From the human T2T-CHM13v2.0 reference genome, Homo sapiens: a DNA stretch of 64,000 nucleotides. Below, one piece after another: positions 14,218 to 35,861 of this stretch; the first letter of the stretch is position 1; the number at the start of each line of letters is the position of its first letter. The notes under the pieces were generated by a model. The model was not told the DNA's origin. It searched no databases and was given only the letters and a program-made list of their open reading frames with translations. The stretch lies in NCBI RefSeq assembly GCF_009914755.1, contig NC_060925.1; one strand, given 5' to 3'. A program made the translations under genes and the position numbers.

Positions 14218-15272
14218 ACCCCTGCCTTTTTTTGTTTTCCATTTGCTTGGTAGATCTTCCTCCATCCTTTTATTTTGAGCCTATGTGTGTCTCTACACGT
14301 GAGATGGGTTTCCTGAATACAGCAAACTGATGGGTCTTGACTCTTTATGCAATTTGCAATTTGCTGGTCTGTGTCTTTTAATTGGAGCATTTAGTCCATT
14401 TACATTTAAAGTTAATATTGTTATGTGTGAATTTGTTCCTGTCATTATGATGTTAGCTGGTTATTTTGCACATTAGTTGATGCAGTTTCTTCCTAGTCTC
14501 GATGGTCTTTACATTTTGGCATGACTTTGCAGCGGCTGATACCGGTTGTTCCTTTCCATGTTTAGCGCTTCCTTCAGGAGCTCTTTTAGGGCAGGCCTGG
14601 TGGTGACAATATCTCTCAGCATTTGCTTGTCTGTAAAGGATTTTATTTCTCCTTCACTTATGAAGCTTAGTTTGGCTGGATATGAAATTCTGAGTTGAAA
14701 ATTCTTTTCTTTAAGAATGTTGAATATTGGCCCCCATTCTCTTCTGGCTTGTAGAGTTTCTGCCAACAGATCCGCTGTTAGTCTGATGGGCTTCCCTTTG
14801 TGGGTAACCCGACCTTTCTCTCTGGCTGCCCTTAACATTTTTTCCTTCATTTCAACTTTGGTGAATCTGACAATTATGTGTCTTGGAGTTGCTCTTCTCG
14901 AGGAGTATCTTTGTGGTGTTCTCTGTATTTCCTGAGTTTGAATGTTGGCCTGCCTTGCTAGATTGGGGAAGTTCTCCTGGATAATATCCTGCAGAGTGTT
15001 TTCCAACTTGGTTCAATTCTCCCCGTCACTTTCAGGTACACCAATCAGATGTAGATTTGGTCTTTTCACATAGTCCCATATTTCTTGGAGGCTTTGTTCA
15101 TTTCTTTTTACTCTTTTTTCCCTAAACTTCCCTTCTCACTTCATTTCATTCATTTCATCTTCCATCACTGATACCCTTTCTTCCAGTTGATTGCATCAGC
15201 TCCTGAGGCTTCTGCATTCTTCACGTAGTTCTCGAGCCTTGGCTTTCAGATCCATCACCTCCTTAAAGCACT

Positions 15273-15278
<6 letters not shown>
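14218..15278 (-). mobile_element. Inverted L1PA segment (ORF1 3' part to ORF2 start) of the composite insertion
   Basis: Minus-strand ORF1 peptide 14509-15006; starts directly after TSD AAAAATCAGTAGCA; TCTCTG microhomology at the inversion junction 15273-15278. Confidence 0.95.
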
Positions 15279-23747
<8,469 letters not shown>

Positions 23748-26134
23748 AAAAATCAGTAGCATTTTATATGCCAAAAGAAAACAATTGGAAATATAAACCA
23801 AGAAGGTGATCTCATTTACAATAGCTAAAAAATTCCTAAAAATAGCTAGGAATTAAATTAACCAAACAAGTGAAAGATCTCTACAATGAAAACTATAAAA
23901 TATTGATGGAAGAAATTGAAGTAGACACACACACAAAGAAGATATTCCGTGTTCAGGAATGGAAGAATCAATACCATTAAGACATCTATACTACCCAAAG
24001 TAACCTACAGATTCAAAGCCATCTCTATCAAAATACCAATGACATTCTTCACAGAAATAGAAAAAATAGTACTAAAATTTATATGATACCATAGAAGATG
24101 CAGAAAAGCCAAAGCTATCTTTAGCAAAAAGCACAAAACTAGAGGAATCACATTACCTGACTTCAAATTATGCTACAGAGCTATAGTAAACAAAATAGCA
24201 TGGTAATGGCCTAAAAACAGACACATAGATCAATGGAACAGAATGGAGAACCCAGATGTAAATTCATAGATCTACAGTGAATGCATTTTTGACAAAGGTA
24301 CCAAAAACATACATTGAGGAAAGCACAGTCCTTTTAGTAAATGGTGCTGGGAAAACTGGATATCCACATACAAAATAATGAAACTAGACCTGTATCTCTC
24401 ACCATACACATGGATTAAATGAAAATGGATTGAAGAATTAAATGTAAGACCTCAAACTATGGAACTACTATAGGAAAACACTGGGGAAACTCCCTAGGAC
24501 ATTGGACTGGGTAAAGATTTCTTGAGAAAAATACCTCCAAAACATAGGCAACCAAAGCAAAAATGGACAAGTGGGATCATGCCAAGTTAAAAAGCTGCAA
24601 AGCAAAGAAACAACAAAGTGAAGAGACAACCCAGAGAATAAGAGAAAATATTTGCAAACTATCTACCTGACAAGGGATTAATAACCAGAATATATAAGGA
24701 ACTCGAACTACTCAACAGGAAAAAATATAATAATCCCATTAAAAATGGGTAAAATATCTGAATACACATTTCTCAAAAGAAGGCATACACATGGCAAACA
24801 GGTATATGAAAAAGTTCTCATCATCATTGATCTTCAGAGAAATGCAAATCAAAACTGCAATAAGATATCATCTTACCCCAGCTAGAGAGGCTTTTATATA
24901 AGAGACAGGCAATAACAAATGCTGGCAAGAATGTAGAGAAAAGGGGACCTTCATACACTGTTGGAGGGAATGTAAATTAGTACAACCACTATGGAGAACA
25001 GTTTGGAGGCTCCTCAAATAACCAAAAACAGAACTACCATATGATTCAGCAATCTCATTGCTAGGTATATACCCAAAAGAAAGGAAATCAGTATATTGAA
25101 GAGATATCTGCACTCCCATTTTTATTGTAGCACTATTCACAATAGCCAAGATTTGGAAGCAGTCTAAGTGTCCATCAACAGATGAATGGATAAAAAAATG
25201 TGGTACATATACATAATGGAGTACCATTCAGCCATAACAAATGAGATCTTGTCACTTGCGACAACATGGATGGAACTGGAGGGCATTATGTTAAGTGAAA
25301 TTAGCCAGGCACAAAAAGACAAACATTGTATGTTCTTACTTATTTTGGGAGCTAAAAAGGTAAAACAATTAAGCTTATGGAGGTGGACAGTAGATTGATG
25401 GTTACTAGAGGCTGGAAATGGTAGTGGGGTTGGGGGAAAGTAGAGATGGTTTTGTACCCACTAACGTGGGTACAAAAATAGATAGACTGAATAAGAACTA
25501 GTATTTGATAGCACAACAGGGTGACTACAGCCAACAATAATTTATTGCACATTTAAAAATAAAAGAGTATAACTGGATCGTTTGTAACACAAAGAAAGCA
25601 TAAATGCTTGAGGTATTGGATACTCCATTTACTCTCAGGTGATTATTACACATTGTATGCCTGTATTAAAATACCTCATGTGCCCCATAAACATGTATAC
25701 CTACTATATAACAAAACACAGAAAAAAAGGAAAAAATTGCATAATTGTAGTAATAGGGTAGTATTATTTTAGGCGATAGATCTTCAAATTCTTTGCTTAA
25801 ATAAGTAATCTAGCAGTATCAAGGGTTTTAGTTATTGTTTCTGCAATCGTGAAAAAGGGGAAAAATATAATATTCCTTTTGGGCTTAAAGAAAAAAATCA
25901 GAATTGATTATATATATTAGAAAACAGAGATGTTAAACATAAATATTATGGCAACAATTATTAAAAAGAAAACGGTATGGAATTACAAACATTTTTGAAA
26001 GCTAAAGGTTATTTTCATGGGCCTTAGCAAGATCCTTTGAAGTCTAGATGTCTGTAAGACACTTCTGTTTTAAAAAAAATTTTGCAAGCCTAGCTTCCAA
26101 AAATGGAGAAGAATTTGGAAAGGGAGCATGTCCC

Positions 26135-26400
26135 ATGTTATAGGCTGAATTGTGTCCCATGATGATTCCATTGTTGGAGCCCTAACTCCCAGTTCCTCCG
26201 AATGTGACTACATTTGGAAACAGAATCTTTAAAGAGATAAAGACCAGATATAGTCTCATAGACAGAGGGAAGACCATGTGAGGGTGGAGCAAGAAGAGGG
26301 CCACCTGCAAGCAAAGGAGGCAGGCCTCACAAGAAACCAATTTCTGTTGTTTAACATACCCAGTCTGTGATTTTTTAAATGACGGTCCTGTAAAGGAATA
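26135..26400. mobile_element. MLT1-type MaLR LTR fragment
   Basis: TGTTATAGGCTGAATTGTGTCCC start and GAATGTGACTACATTTGGAAACAG motif. Confidence 0.65.
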
Positions 26401-27959
26401 CATCCACTGTTGGCAAATTTTTCGTCTAGGAGAGGATTAGTCGTTAAGCAAGAGAGCAAACACGCATATAACAGGCATTGCAAGATAAGTAAACATTTAC
26501 GCAGCATTTTCAGAACATATTGGGAAAATAAAAGTCTTCCTAGCATAATATTTGTAAAGAATCCTCTTAAGGAGAACGTTGAGCAATCACATAGCAAAGA
26601 GTGTCTTCACCTACTTTCTGTATGATAATAAGGGCCCTGACAAACAAAAAAGCAACATTAATTACAACTGATACAAGAGTACCCCTGGCATCTCCCAAGT
26701 GTGTTACCTGTTATCCTTTAGTTATTGCTAGAACTGGTGAGAACTACTAAGCATGGCTAAAAAGATGTTGTCTGATTGCCCAAGAATTCTCATCAGCTTC
26801 TCACTGAGGAGTTAGGAGAAGTTGATACCTGAATGAGGTGTCATATGTGGTGCTCATTATGTCCAGGCAGTTTTAATCCTTTTTTATACCTTCATACATT
26901 CCTGAATTAAAAAATCACTTGAGATATTCTCACGAATATATGGTCTCACTGTCTAGGTCCTGCCTGATTATTGCAGACAAAAGTCTTGTGCTCAGAGTGA
27001 GCAAAGCCCTGCAAACAGTGAAAATATGGAGAAGAAAGATTTAATCAGGTTCATTCATTTCCCTATACTTTCTCTCATGAGAGAATTATCACACTCTATG
27101 ACTGATTTACAGGTTTCTTTCTGTAGAGTTTGAGCTTTTATCTGTCTACTCTTTGTAATCTAAGTGTTTAGCATAACATTTGATATTTGTAGATGATTGT
27201 TTATAACTGAAATATAATAACTGAAATATAATAAAAAGGAACTTTGCTTTCTATTGTCTTATATTCTGAGTTACCTACATCTTTAAGTTTTTTTCTTCAC
27301 TATGAAAAATAAAGATTATTTTAAAAACTCATTAATTCTGCTTTGGTGCTTTTGCCTTTTCTGAATCTAAACATTCATGTCTTTCATTATTTCTGGAAAA
27401 TTTTCAGCCATGCTTTCTTTAAATATTTCCTCTTCCAATTGTGTGTTTTGTCTTTTAATGAAATTCCTATTGGGCTCATATTGGATTTCATACTAATTTT
27501 CATATATCTTAACTTCTTTCGTATTCAACACTTCTTTATCTCTATATTGCATTAGAGGAAATTCTTCAGCTCTCCCAATTTAGAAGTCTTTTTAAATTGC
27601 TTTCTGTCTTTGTTGTTTAATCTACTCATTGAGTTTTTATAGTAATTAGCGTTTATATTTCTAGAAGTTTAATTTGCTTTAAAATATGTTTGATATTTTT
27701 TGATAATGTCTTTTCAAACCTTTTGACTTTAAGGTTTTAAAATATAAATTCCTCTATATGTGATATCTTAGGGAAATGAAACTATTTATTCTGTCTGCCA
27801 ACTTTCCTTCATCATGGAATCTTTCTCCCTGTGCTAAGTTTGGATGGTGACCTCATCTTAGGAAAGGCTTTTTGTGAAATATCCTTTGCAGCTTGTATTG
27901 AGGGTGGTTCTCTTGAGATAACTTTGCTTTAAATTCCACCAGGTGGCACACCTGGAATT

Positions 27960-27963
<4 letters not shown>

Positions 27964-27990
<27 letters not shown>

Positions 27991-28271
27991 GAGACAGAGA
28001 CTTGCTCTGTCGCCCAGACTGGAGTGCAGAGGCGCGATCTTGGCTCACAGCAACCTCCGCCTCCTGGGCCCAAGAGATTCTCGTGCCTAGGCCTCCTGAG
28101 TAGCTGAGATTACAGTTGTGCGCAACCACGCCTGGCTAATTTTTGTCTTTTTAGTAGTGACAAAGTTTCGCCATGTTGGCCAGGCTGGTCTGAAACTCCT
28201 GAACTCAGGTGATCCGCCCGCCTAGGCCTCTCAAAATGCTGGGATTATAGGTGTGAGCCACTGTGCACAGC
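27964..28271 (-). repeat. AluS within old L1M remnant
   Basis: Alu dimer with (GTTTT)n tail; TSD TGGAATTAC(A/T)TTT. Confidence 0.92.
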
Positions 28272-29234
28272 ATGGAATTACTTTTAAAATTAATTTCTTA
28301 GTTTGTGAATTTCAGGCTCATGCAAGTAGATACTTTTGAACTTCAAACTCAGACCTGTGATTAGCAATTCTCAGAAGGAGAAAAACCAAAAAACAATCCA
28401 ATCCATATAATTGGATGGATTTTTTTTCTACTCTATTTGTCCATTCTATCACTGAAGTGAGGATATAGCAGAAGCCTCAGTTGCAAGTCTTATTACCTAT
28501 TTTTTTTTTTTTAAATCCTAAGGCCTTGTTTCCTGATCCAAGTGACTAACAGTAGCCAAACTCCTAGGGATCTATACAAGACAATGCTTAATATGTCCAG
28601 GTGTGGATCCTGTTTGCCTTTCTGGGTTTCCATTTCTTTGCCCCCTAGAGAGCTTTCTTTATTTCATTGTAAATGCAGCTATGCATTTAAAAATAATTTT
28701 TAAAAATCTTGCATTTCTGGGTGTTTTGTGTTAGTATGTCTTTGCAGGTCATGTAGTGTGCTGTCTTTCCAGAAGCAGAATCCCTGGCTGTTTTATGTGT
28801 TACGCACAGAAATCCAAGGGTCATGTGACAAGGCAATGCTTCAGGTTAGGAAAGTGAGTCCAGGAGGAGGGACTGAGGTTAGATTGAATGGATAGGAAGT
28901 ATGAGAAATTGAAGAGGAGGCTCTGGGAGCTGAGATAAAGGCTAAGGGAGGATGACAGTGAAGACAGAGAAGAGAGAGAAAGGTGGAGGAAGAACACATG
29001 TATGGGAAGGAACAGGAGCACAGTAAGACACAAAGAATAAGCCATAGTGATATTAGAGACTATTCAGTTCTTTCAATCTAGTTATTTTACAGATAAAGAA
29101 ACTGAGGCCAAAGTGTTAAGGATCTCTCCAATTCAACACCTCCAACAGGTGTCCCATGTGGGGGTTCATCTTGACTCAGTCTACAGCTCCTTTTACTGTA
29201 AGAGATGTGCGTGAGAGGCCAGCAGCACACAGGC

Positions 29235-29390
29235 AGATAAAGCGAGTCCTTCCAGAAGCCAGAATGGCAAGGAAAAACTTGAAGCAGAGTGAGAGGGAAA
29301 ATGAGAAGCCCAGAAAAGGCATGTGGTTATGAGAGGCAGTGGTTTCTGTGGCCAGGAAATTGAGGTTTCTGTTAGTGAAGAGGAGGAAGT
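29235..29390 (+). promoter_or_regulatory. Candidate haematopoietic promoter motifs upstream of the alternative CD1A exon
   Basis: AGATAA (GATA) 29235, TGTGGTT (RUNX) 29322, GAGGAAGT (ETS/PU.1) 29383. Motif matches only. Confidence 0.3.
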
Positions 29391-29477
29391 CAGATGAGAT
29401 GAGACCATGTGGGGAGGGGAGCTTTCATATCTGGGTTCTGAGGAGAGCTTCAATGGGGAAGGAAGAATTTAGGAGCC

Positions 29478-29502
29478 ATGTTTGCGTTTGGAGGAGCAAC
29501 AG
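29478..29502 (+). CDS. CD1A: Candidate alternative first coding exon of CD1A (MFAFGGAT+G, no signal peptide)
   Basis: GCCATG start, 25 nt, consensus donor AG|GTAAGT in phase 1, compatible with CD1A exon 2. I recall an annotated CD1A isoform starting MFAFGGATG (not verified). Confidence 0.65.
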
Positions 29503-29859
29503 GTAAGTGCTGCTACAGTGAACAGGAACATGCTTTTGGCCTGAACACCAATGGTTCAAGAAAGTGGATCCTGGGGAAAGGTTTGGTGGCAAAGGGAAGA
29601 ATATGGACTTGCCTAGGATAGCTGGGACACCTGTCTGATTGAGTTCTAATCAGGGTATATGTTATTCACACTAGTTTGCTTCTCTGGGGTTTCCTGTGTC
29701 CAGGGAGTACAAAATTATCAGTGATTAGTGATAGCCATCCCCTTCTCTCTTAATTATTTTCCTTTTCTCCAGTTCTGGTCACCTTCCTTACCTATTTTAT
29801 CTCTTGATTTTTGCCTAGCATTCTGCTCTTTCTCAGCCCCCACCCCCAATTTCTCAGCA

Positions 29860-30065
29860 CCCCCAGCCAGCTCCCAAGAAGCCCTGTTCCCTTCTGTTCC
29901 CTCCTTCAGATCCTGCCCTGTACCCATCATAGCTGAGTGAACACTCAGGAGTGGAGTTGGCTGGGAAAATTGCAGACCCACAGTAGGACTACAGCTCTCA
30001 CCAGCTGCTGCCTGCGTCTCTGATAAAGATCAGCTCTGCCCACAGAAAGCTGGGGTGGAGATACT
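29860..30065 (+). pseudogene. Degenerate CD1-family alpha1-domain exon relic
   Basis: Frame from 29904 reads LQILPCTHHS*VNTQEWSWLGKLQTHSR. It aligns without gaps to CD1 alpha1 (CD1D [28 protein letters not shown]; CD1A in this window [27 protein letters not shown]). Preceded by a pyrimidine tract with CAG acceptors. Confidence 0.72.
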
Positions 30066-30271
30066 TGTGGCTTGGCTCCACTTCTCTTTCCAATCTGTGC
30101 CCAACTTCCTCTTCTCCCGCTTCTTCCTTCTTTAGCATCTTTTATTTCCCTGGTGTTTCTGATCAGCTCATAAAACTTTGGTCCCAGAACTCCATTTCTC
30201 AATTAGTTAATTCTCTTTCTTTTCCTTATCAAACCTAAGCTGACTCCTCTTTGCTTTTCTGACCCCATATT

Positions 30272-31553
30272 CAACGGTGTAGGCCACATAATTTGTGGCG
30301 TTGTGCAGAATAGAAATCTGGGGCCCTGTCTTTCTCCATTCAGGCTGCTACAACAGAATACCACAGACTGGGTGGCTTATAAACAACAGAAATTTATTTC
30401 TCACAGTTTCGGAGGCTGGGAAGTCCAAGATCAAGGAAGATTCAGTGTCTAGTGGAGGCCTGCTTTCTGGTACATAGAGTACACTTTCTGGATGTGTCCT
30501 TACATGGTGGAAGGGGTCAGGGGTCTCTCTTGGGTCTCTTATAAGGGAACTGATCACATTCATGAGGGCTCCAATCTCATAATCTAATCACCTCCCAAAG
30601 GCCCCACTTCCTAATAACATAACATTGGGGGTTAGAATTTCAACATATGAATTTTGGGAAGACACAAAGATTCAGAACATAGCAGGTCTGTATTCAAATA
30701 GGCAGGAGAAGAGTGCTTTTAAAGGTATTAAAATATAAAACTTTTTCATTCCTTCTGAAGTTTCTCTCTCTTTCTGTCTCAACCTGTTATGGTGTTTTGT
30801 TTTGTTATTCTTGTTTGTTTAATTTGCTAATGTTGTACCCCTTGGGCACAGGGATACTCACAGTGTGAGCACAGAGGCTCTTAGGTGCCTGGGGGCCGCA
30901 CTCCATGACTCCGGCGCATGCAAGCTGCCCACTGGCTGCTGGGTTCCCCTTGCTGGGAAGAGGAAGTCAGTCTCTCCTTCCCACAGTGGCCACTCCAACC
31001 CTCCACAGATGGGTGACCACCATGAAATTGCAACCACTGTATGGAGATGCACTTGATTCTTGGATCAAGGGTGGGAAAGCATGTCGTCCTGATCTGTCTC
31101 AAAACACTCTGTGGTGCAGCCTGGGTGGGGATGGCTAAAGCCAACCTCTGTGCAGACACTGTGGGATGCATGCCCCCAAATCTTATTCTCCCTGTGTCCC
31201 TGGCAAAAGCAAGGGAATTGTGAAAGGTGATGGCAGAAGGGGCCACCTCTGCTGATGAGATCAGACGGCTGTATGGGCAGACAGTGGCAGGGTAGTGGTG
31301 GACAGGAGGGCAAGAATTGCCTGTGGCCCCAGACATTGGGGAGCAGATGGCAGAGAATCAGTGCTGGGGAGGTGAAGTGATGGGAGCCAAGACCACATGT
31401 CAGCAAAGAAGCCCTCACACAAGTTTTTTTTGGCTCATTTGACTTCATTTATAAAACACACATTAAGATAAAATTATGAAGAATTTAAGGATGATGATCA
31501 TAGGGCATCAACTATGATGCTGCATTGGTTGCGTGCCCCATGAAGCAAGCCCG
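30272..31553. mobile_element. MER45-family hAT DNA transposon interrupted by an MLT1A LTR
   Basis: Start resembles MER45 (CATAATTTGTGG..GTGCAGAATAGAAATCTGGGGCCC); end GCTGCATTGGTTGCGTGCCCCATGAAGCAAGCCCG resembles the MER45 terminus. Confidence 0.65.
30327..30684. mobile_element. MLT1A-type MaLR solo LTR
   Basis: TACCACAGACTGGGTGGCTTATAAACAACAGAAATTTATTTCTCACAG ... ATTCAGAACATAGCA. Confidence 0.85.
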
Positions 31554-32018
31554 GGATATACAATACACCGATTAACTCACTATTTGGGGGATGATCCTGA
31601 CTTTGTCTCTTTACAACCTTCGGAAAATTTTGCCTCTTTCAGACTTTCCATCCTACAACTCTGGTTAGCTCAGTCTTCCCCAACCATTTCTGCCATCTTC
31701 CACCTTGGTCTCAGTCATGCGGATGTCTTGTGCCTGATCAGACCAATGTTGGTCCTCTCTTCCTATCTCTCTCACCTTTTCATTCCCTGCTCTTTGCATT
31801 AACTTGGGAAACATTTGTGTGTGTATGCTAGCTTTAGTGCCCTCATTTTGTTACCTTGGCGTGAAGTCTGCCGTCTCTGCAGCTCTATTTCATTTGAATG
31901 AGGGAGAAGCCTCATAAAGTTTTAAAAGAGCTTTTTAAGGATTACAGTCCCTATATCTCTAAGGTTTTCCCAGGACCCATTCCACATGAGAAATCAGGAT
32001 AAGCTTGCTAAACTTGTA

Positions 32019-32441
32019 CAGCTGACCCTTGAATAACATGGGGGTTAGGAGTGATGACGGCCCCGTGCAGTCAAAAATCCATGTATAACTTTTGACTTTT
32101 CCAAATCTTAACTATGAATAGCCTACTATTGGCTGGAAGCCTTACTGCTAACATAAACAGTTGATGAACACATATTTTGTATGTTATATGTATTATATAT
32201 GATATTCTTAAAGTAAGCAAGAGAAAAGAAAATATTTTAAAGAAAATCAGAAGCGAGAGAAAATATATCTGCTATTTATTAAGTGGATCATCACATGTTC
32301 GTCTTCATTGTCTTCATGTACAGTAGGCAGAAGAGGAGGAGGAAGAGGAGTTGCCTTGTCTTAGTGGTGGCAGAGTCAGAAGAAAATCCACGTGTGAGTA
32401 AATGCACACAGTTGAAACCCATGTTATTCAAGAGTGAACTG
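32019..32441. mobile_element. Tigger2a-like TcMar DNA transposon
   Basis: Terminal inverted repeats CAGCTGACCCTTGAATAACATG / CATGTTATTCAAGAGTGAACTG; TA flank on the left. Confidence 0.85.
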
Positions 32442-32951
32442 CAGTGTGAGGGTTTGAGTCAATCTAGTCTGGAGCTAACTGGGTTTGCTGTTTTGCTGTT
32501 GCTGCAATAGTCTTCAAGTTCCTCTACATTGCTCTGTTCCTAGGGTGGGGCTGGTTTGCCAGAAGGTTTTGTTAATGTCTCCACTCTCAGGTTTTGGTGT
32601 TTCCTTTGTGAAATATCTCTAGAGGACCTACCTCCATGCTTTCCATTCTTCTAGCTGCAGACTCGTCTTGTAATTGATATTTATGATACTGCTTGGGAGA
32701 AGGAGTAAGAGCACTGTCTTTTGTTCTGGTGCAGTCTCATTCTTAGGCAGGTCAGTTGTTTTTGAATTTTTTGAAGTTTTGTCATGTAAGTGTTCCTGCC
32801 TTTCTTCCAGCAGTTTGGGACCTCTAATAGTCTGGAACCAGGATGTTTTCTCGTTCTTTCCCATTGTTTTTCTTCTCCTCAGCTGCAGTGGGTTTTCACA
32901 TATGCCCTGAGGGCAGCAGGGCTTTCTGCCCTTTCCCCACCAGGTTAGGGC

Positions 32952-33220
32952 TTTTTTTTTTCTTTTAGATGGAATATTGCTCTGTCACCCAGGCTGGAGT
33001 GCAGTGGCGCGATCTCGGCTCACTGCAACCTCCGCCTCCCGGGTTCAAGTAGCTGAGACTACAGGTGTGCACCACCACAACTGGCTAATTTTTGTATTAT
33101 TACTACAGATGGGGTTGCACCATGTTGGCCAGGTTGGTCTCGAACTCCTGACCTTGTGATCCGCCCACGTTGGCCTCCCAAAGTGCTGAGATTACAGGTG
33201 TGAGCCACCGCACCCGGCCA
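32952..33220 (-). repeat. AluS with small internal deletion
   Basis: Alu motifs; poly-T at the left end. Confidence 0.9.
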
Positions 33221-33736
33221 CGGTTTTTTTTTTTTTCTATGTTGCAATAGAGGAGATGGGTCTGGTTGGGACTTACTACCCTTCCCATGCAGTAGCTGTT
33301 CTCATACCTCAGGCCCGCATCATGAGAGAGGATTTATCTGGTCTACATCTCTGACCCTAATGTTTCAGAAGACCCTGGTGAGGTTCATAGAAAAAGGCTT
33401 AGAGACTGATGCGAATTTCCCTGTTTTTGTGACTCCCAGGGCTTCTATATACTCATGCTAGCCTTTACTAATTTGTCTAAAATTTTAGCTGAATTCTTAT
33501 TCTTACTGGCTTGTATAATATCTGGCATCTGTCCCAAGTAAACAAGGGTTTGCATTCCATCTGTCCTTTGAGGAGTCTGTCTTTCTTTATATTTTGGGTT
33601 AACTGGTTGCCTTGATATTTCAGTTCTTTGATAAATTCAAGTTATGATTTTGATAATCTGGCTTCAAAAAATTATAAGTATGAAAATGAAGCTCTTTCCA
33701 GCTTTTTGCATGCTAATCTTAACTTTAAAAAAATTA

Positions 33737-34213
<477 letters not shown>

Positions 34214-35120
34214 TTAGCTTCAGATACTTTTTTTTTGAAAACCAAAAAATAGTAAATAGCCCAGACACATTTATATGGATGATATCTACAAAGCACAAAC
34301 ATATATTTAGAAGCCCTTCAACAGTTACAAGCAGCGTAAAAGAGGAATGTAAATGTGTCCGGCAAAGACTCATTTATAACAAAACAACCCTGAAACATCC
34401 AAATAGGACTAATAAAAAGGGATCCTGGGATAAAGACTTTGGAATACTCCATTAACTTCACTGCTCACAAGTTCTGACTAGTTTCTTATAAGTAATAGGA
34501 CATTTATAGCAGGATCTTTTATGTAAATCTCATGCCAGTAACTTGTACTTTTATCCTAAATAAAACTGTATGAGATTCTCATCTCACTACATAGGGTTAC
34601 AAGTAACTTTTATGATATCTTTAAAAAGTTTCATGTTGAATATCACCTCCATAATTAAAAAATGGATGCATAGACTGAATTCATTCATTCATTTGACAAA
34701 TATTCACTAAGCACCTACCACTTGTGAGATACTCTGTTAGGTGGGGATACAGTATGATAACTGTATGGAACTAACACTCCAAGTCAAACATTGAAGTCAA
34801 AATTCTGGGCTGGCGTACATTAGTTAGGAGCCCCCATTTTAGAAAATATTATTTCAAGCAGGCCTTGTTTTTATCCAGAGAGTGTATACAGTATAATAAA
34901 ACTCAGTACACCAAGATTTATATTTCATGGCGTGTTTTTCTCCCTAAGTAGAGAAAAAGCTCCTTCAGTAAAGTGATTGTGTTGTCAACCACTGCATATT
35001 CTTAAGTGTACCAAGATGCTTGACTCCAGGCAGGTGCTAAGAGAGACTGTTGGGTGAGTGAATGTATATCAATGAAAATCAAACAGAGGAAATTTTCTTT
35101 ATATGTTTTAGTGTTCCTGT

Positions 35121-35122
<2 letters not shown>

Positions 35123-35164
<42 letters not shown>
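35123..35164 (+). repeat. Poly(T)42 tract upstream of CD1A
   Basis: Direct count. Confidence 0.95.
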
Positions 35165-35165
<1 letters not shown>

Positions 35166-35761
35166 TGATGGTTACTGGCTCTTCTCTAAGAATAATGGAG
35201 AAAAGGTGTTAGTTTGTACTGTCGCACAGGGCAGTCGTAGGAGACTCTGAAAAAGCAAATAAATCAATGTTAAATCAGAAATGTGAATGTAGTAAGGGGC
35301 TGAAGAGACAGGGGAAGAGAATACATGGGAAAATATTGAAAAGGACAGAGTGATCAAAAAGAGCAGGGACATGGGAGCATTGGGCAGCACACTGGGAGCC
35401 ATTTCACTTTATGCTCTTATTGTATGATTGAGAAAAAAATGTCCTTAGTGGTTAAGTGGCTTTTCAATGCCACATCAGACTTGTTCCATAGCAGTTGAAT
35501 TAGGGGAAGGTGAATAAGTTGGAGGTTGGTGACAAGGAGAGAAGCTGGAACAGAGAGGAGAGTCAGAACCAGAGGGAAATGAGAGACTGAGTAGGCATCT
35601 CAGGGTTTTTGAAGGAGTGGATTTTCTTTGTTGCAGTCAGGGGAGGTTTGTCTGTTGGCTGCAGAAAGAAGTCAGAATAGAGATATCGTGGGGTAGGTTT
35701 GTTTGGAACAGAAATCAAAGACCAATTTTTCTGAGAGAAGGAAATAACATCTGCAAATGAT

Positions 35762-35819
35762 ATGCTGTTTTTGCTACTTCCATTGTTAGCTGTTCTCCCA
35801 GGTGATGGCAATGCAGACG
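35762..35819 (+). CDS. CD1A: CD1A exon 1 (signal peptide)
   Basis: [19 protein letters not shown]+G, donor GTAAG. Confidence 0.98.
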
Positions 35820-35861
35820 GTAAGAACTCTGACAACTGCCCAGTTGGGTGGTGGGTGAAGG

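Noticed and set aside
30858-31448. Cluster of GC-richer overlapping ORFs suggesting a gene or retrocopy
   Set aside because: Lies between MER45-like termini, with no recognisable protein similarity.
31575-31620. YLGDDPDFVSLQ resembling CD1 alpha2 [11 protein letters not shown] as a second relic exon
   Set aside because: Only a short motif with no flanking Cys/Trp support. Insufficient without an HMM search, but worth including in the relic test.
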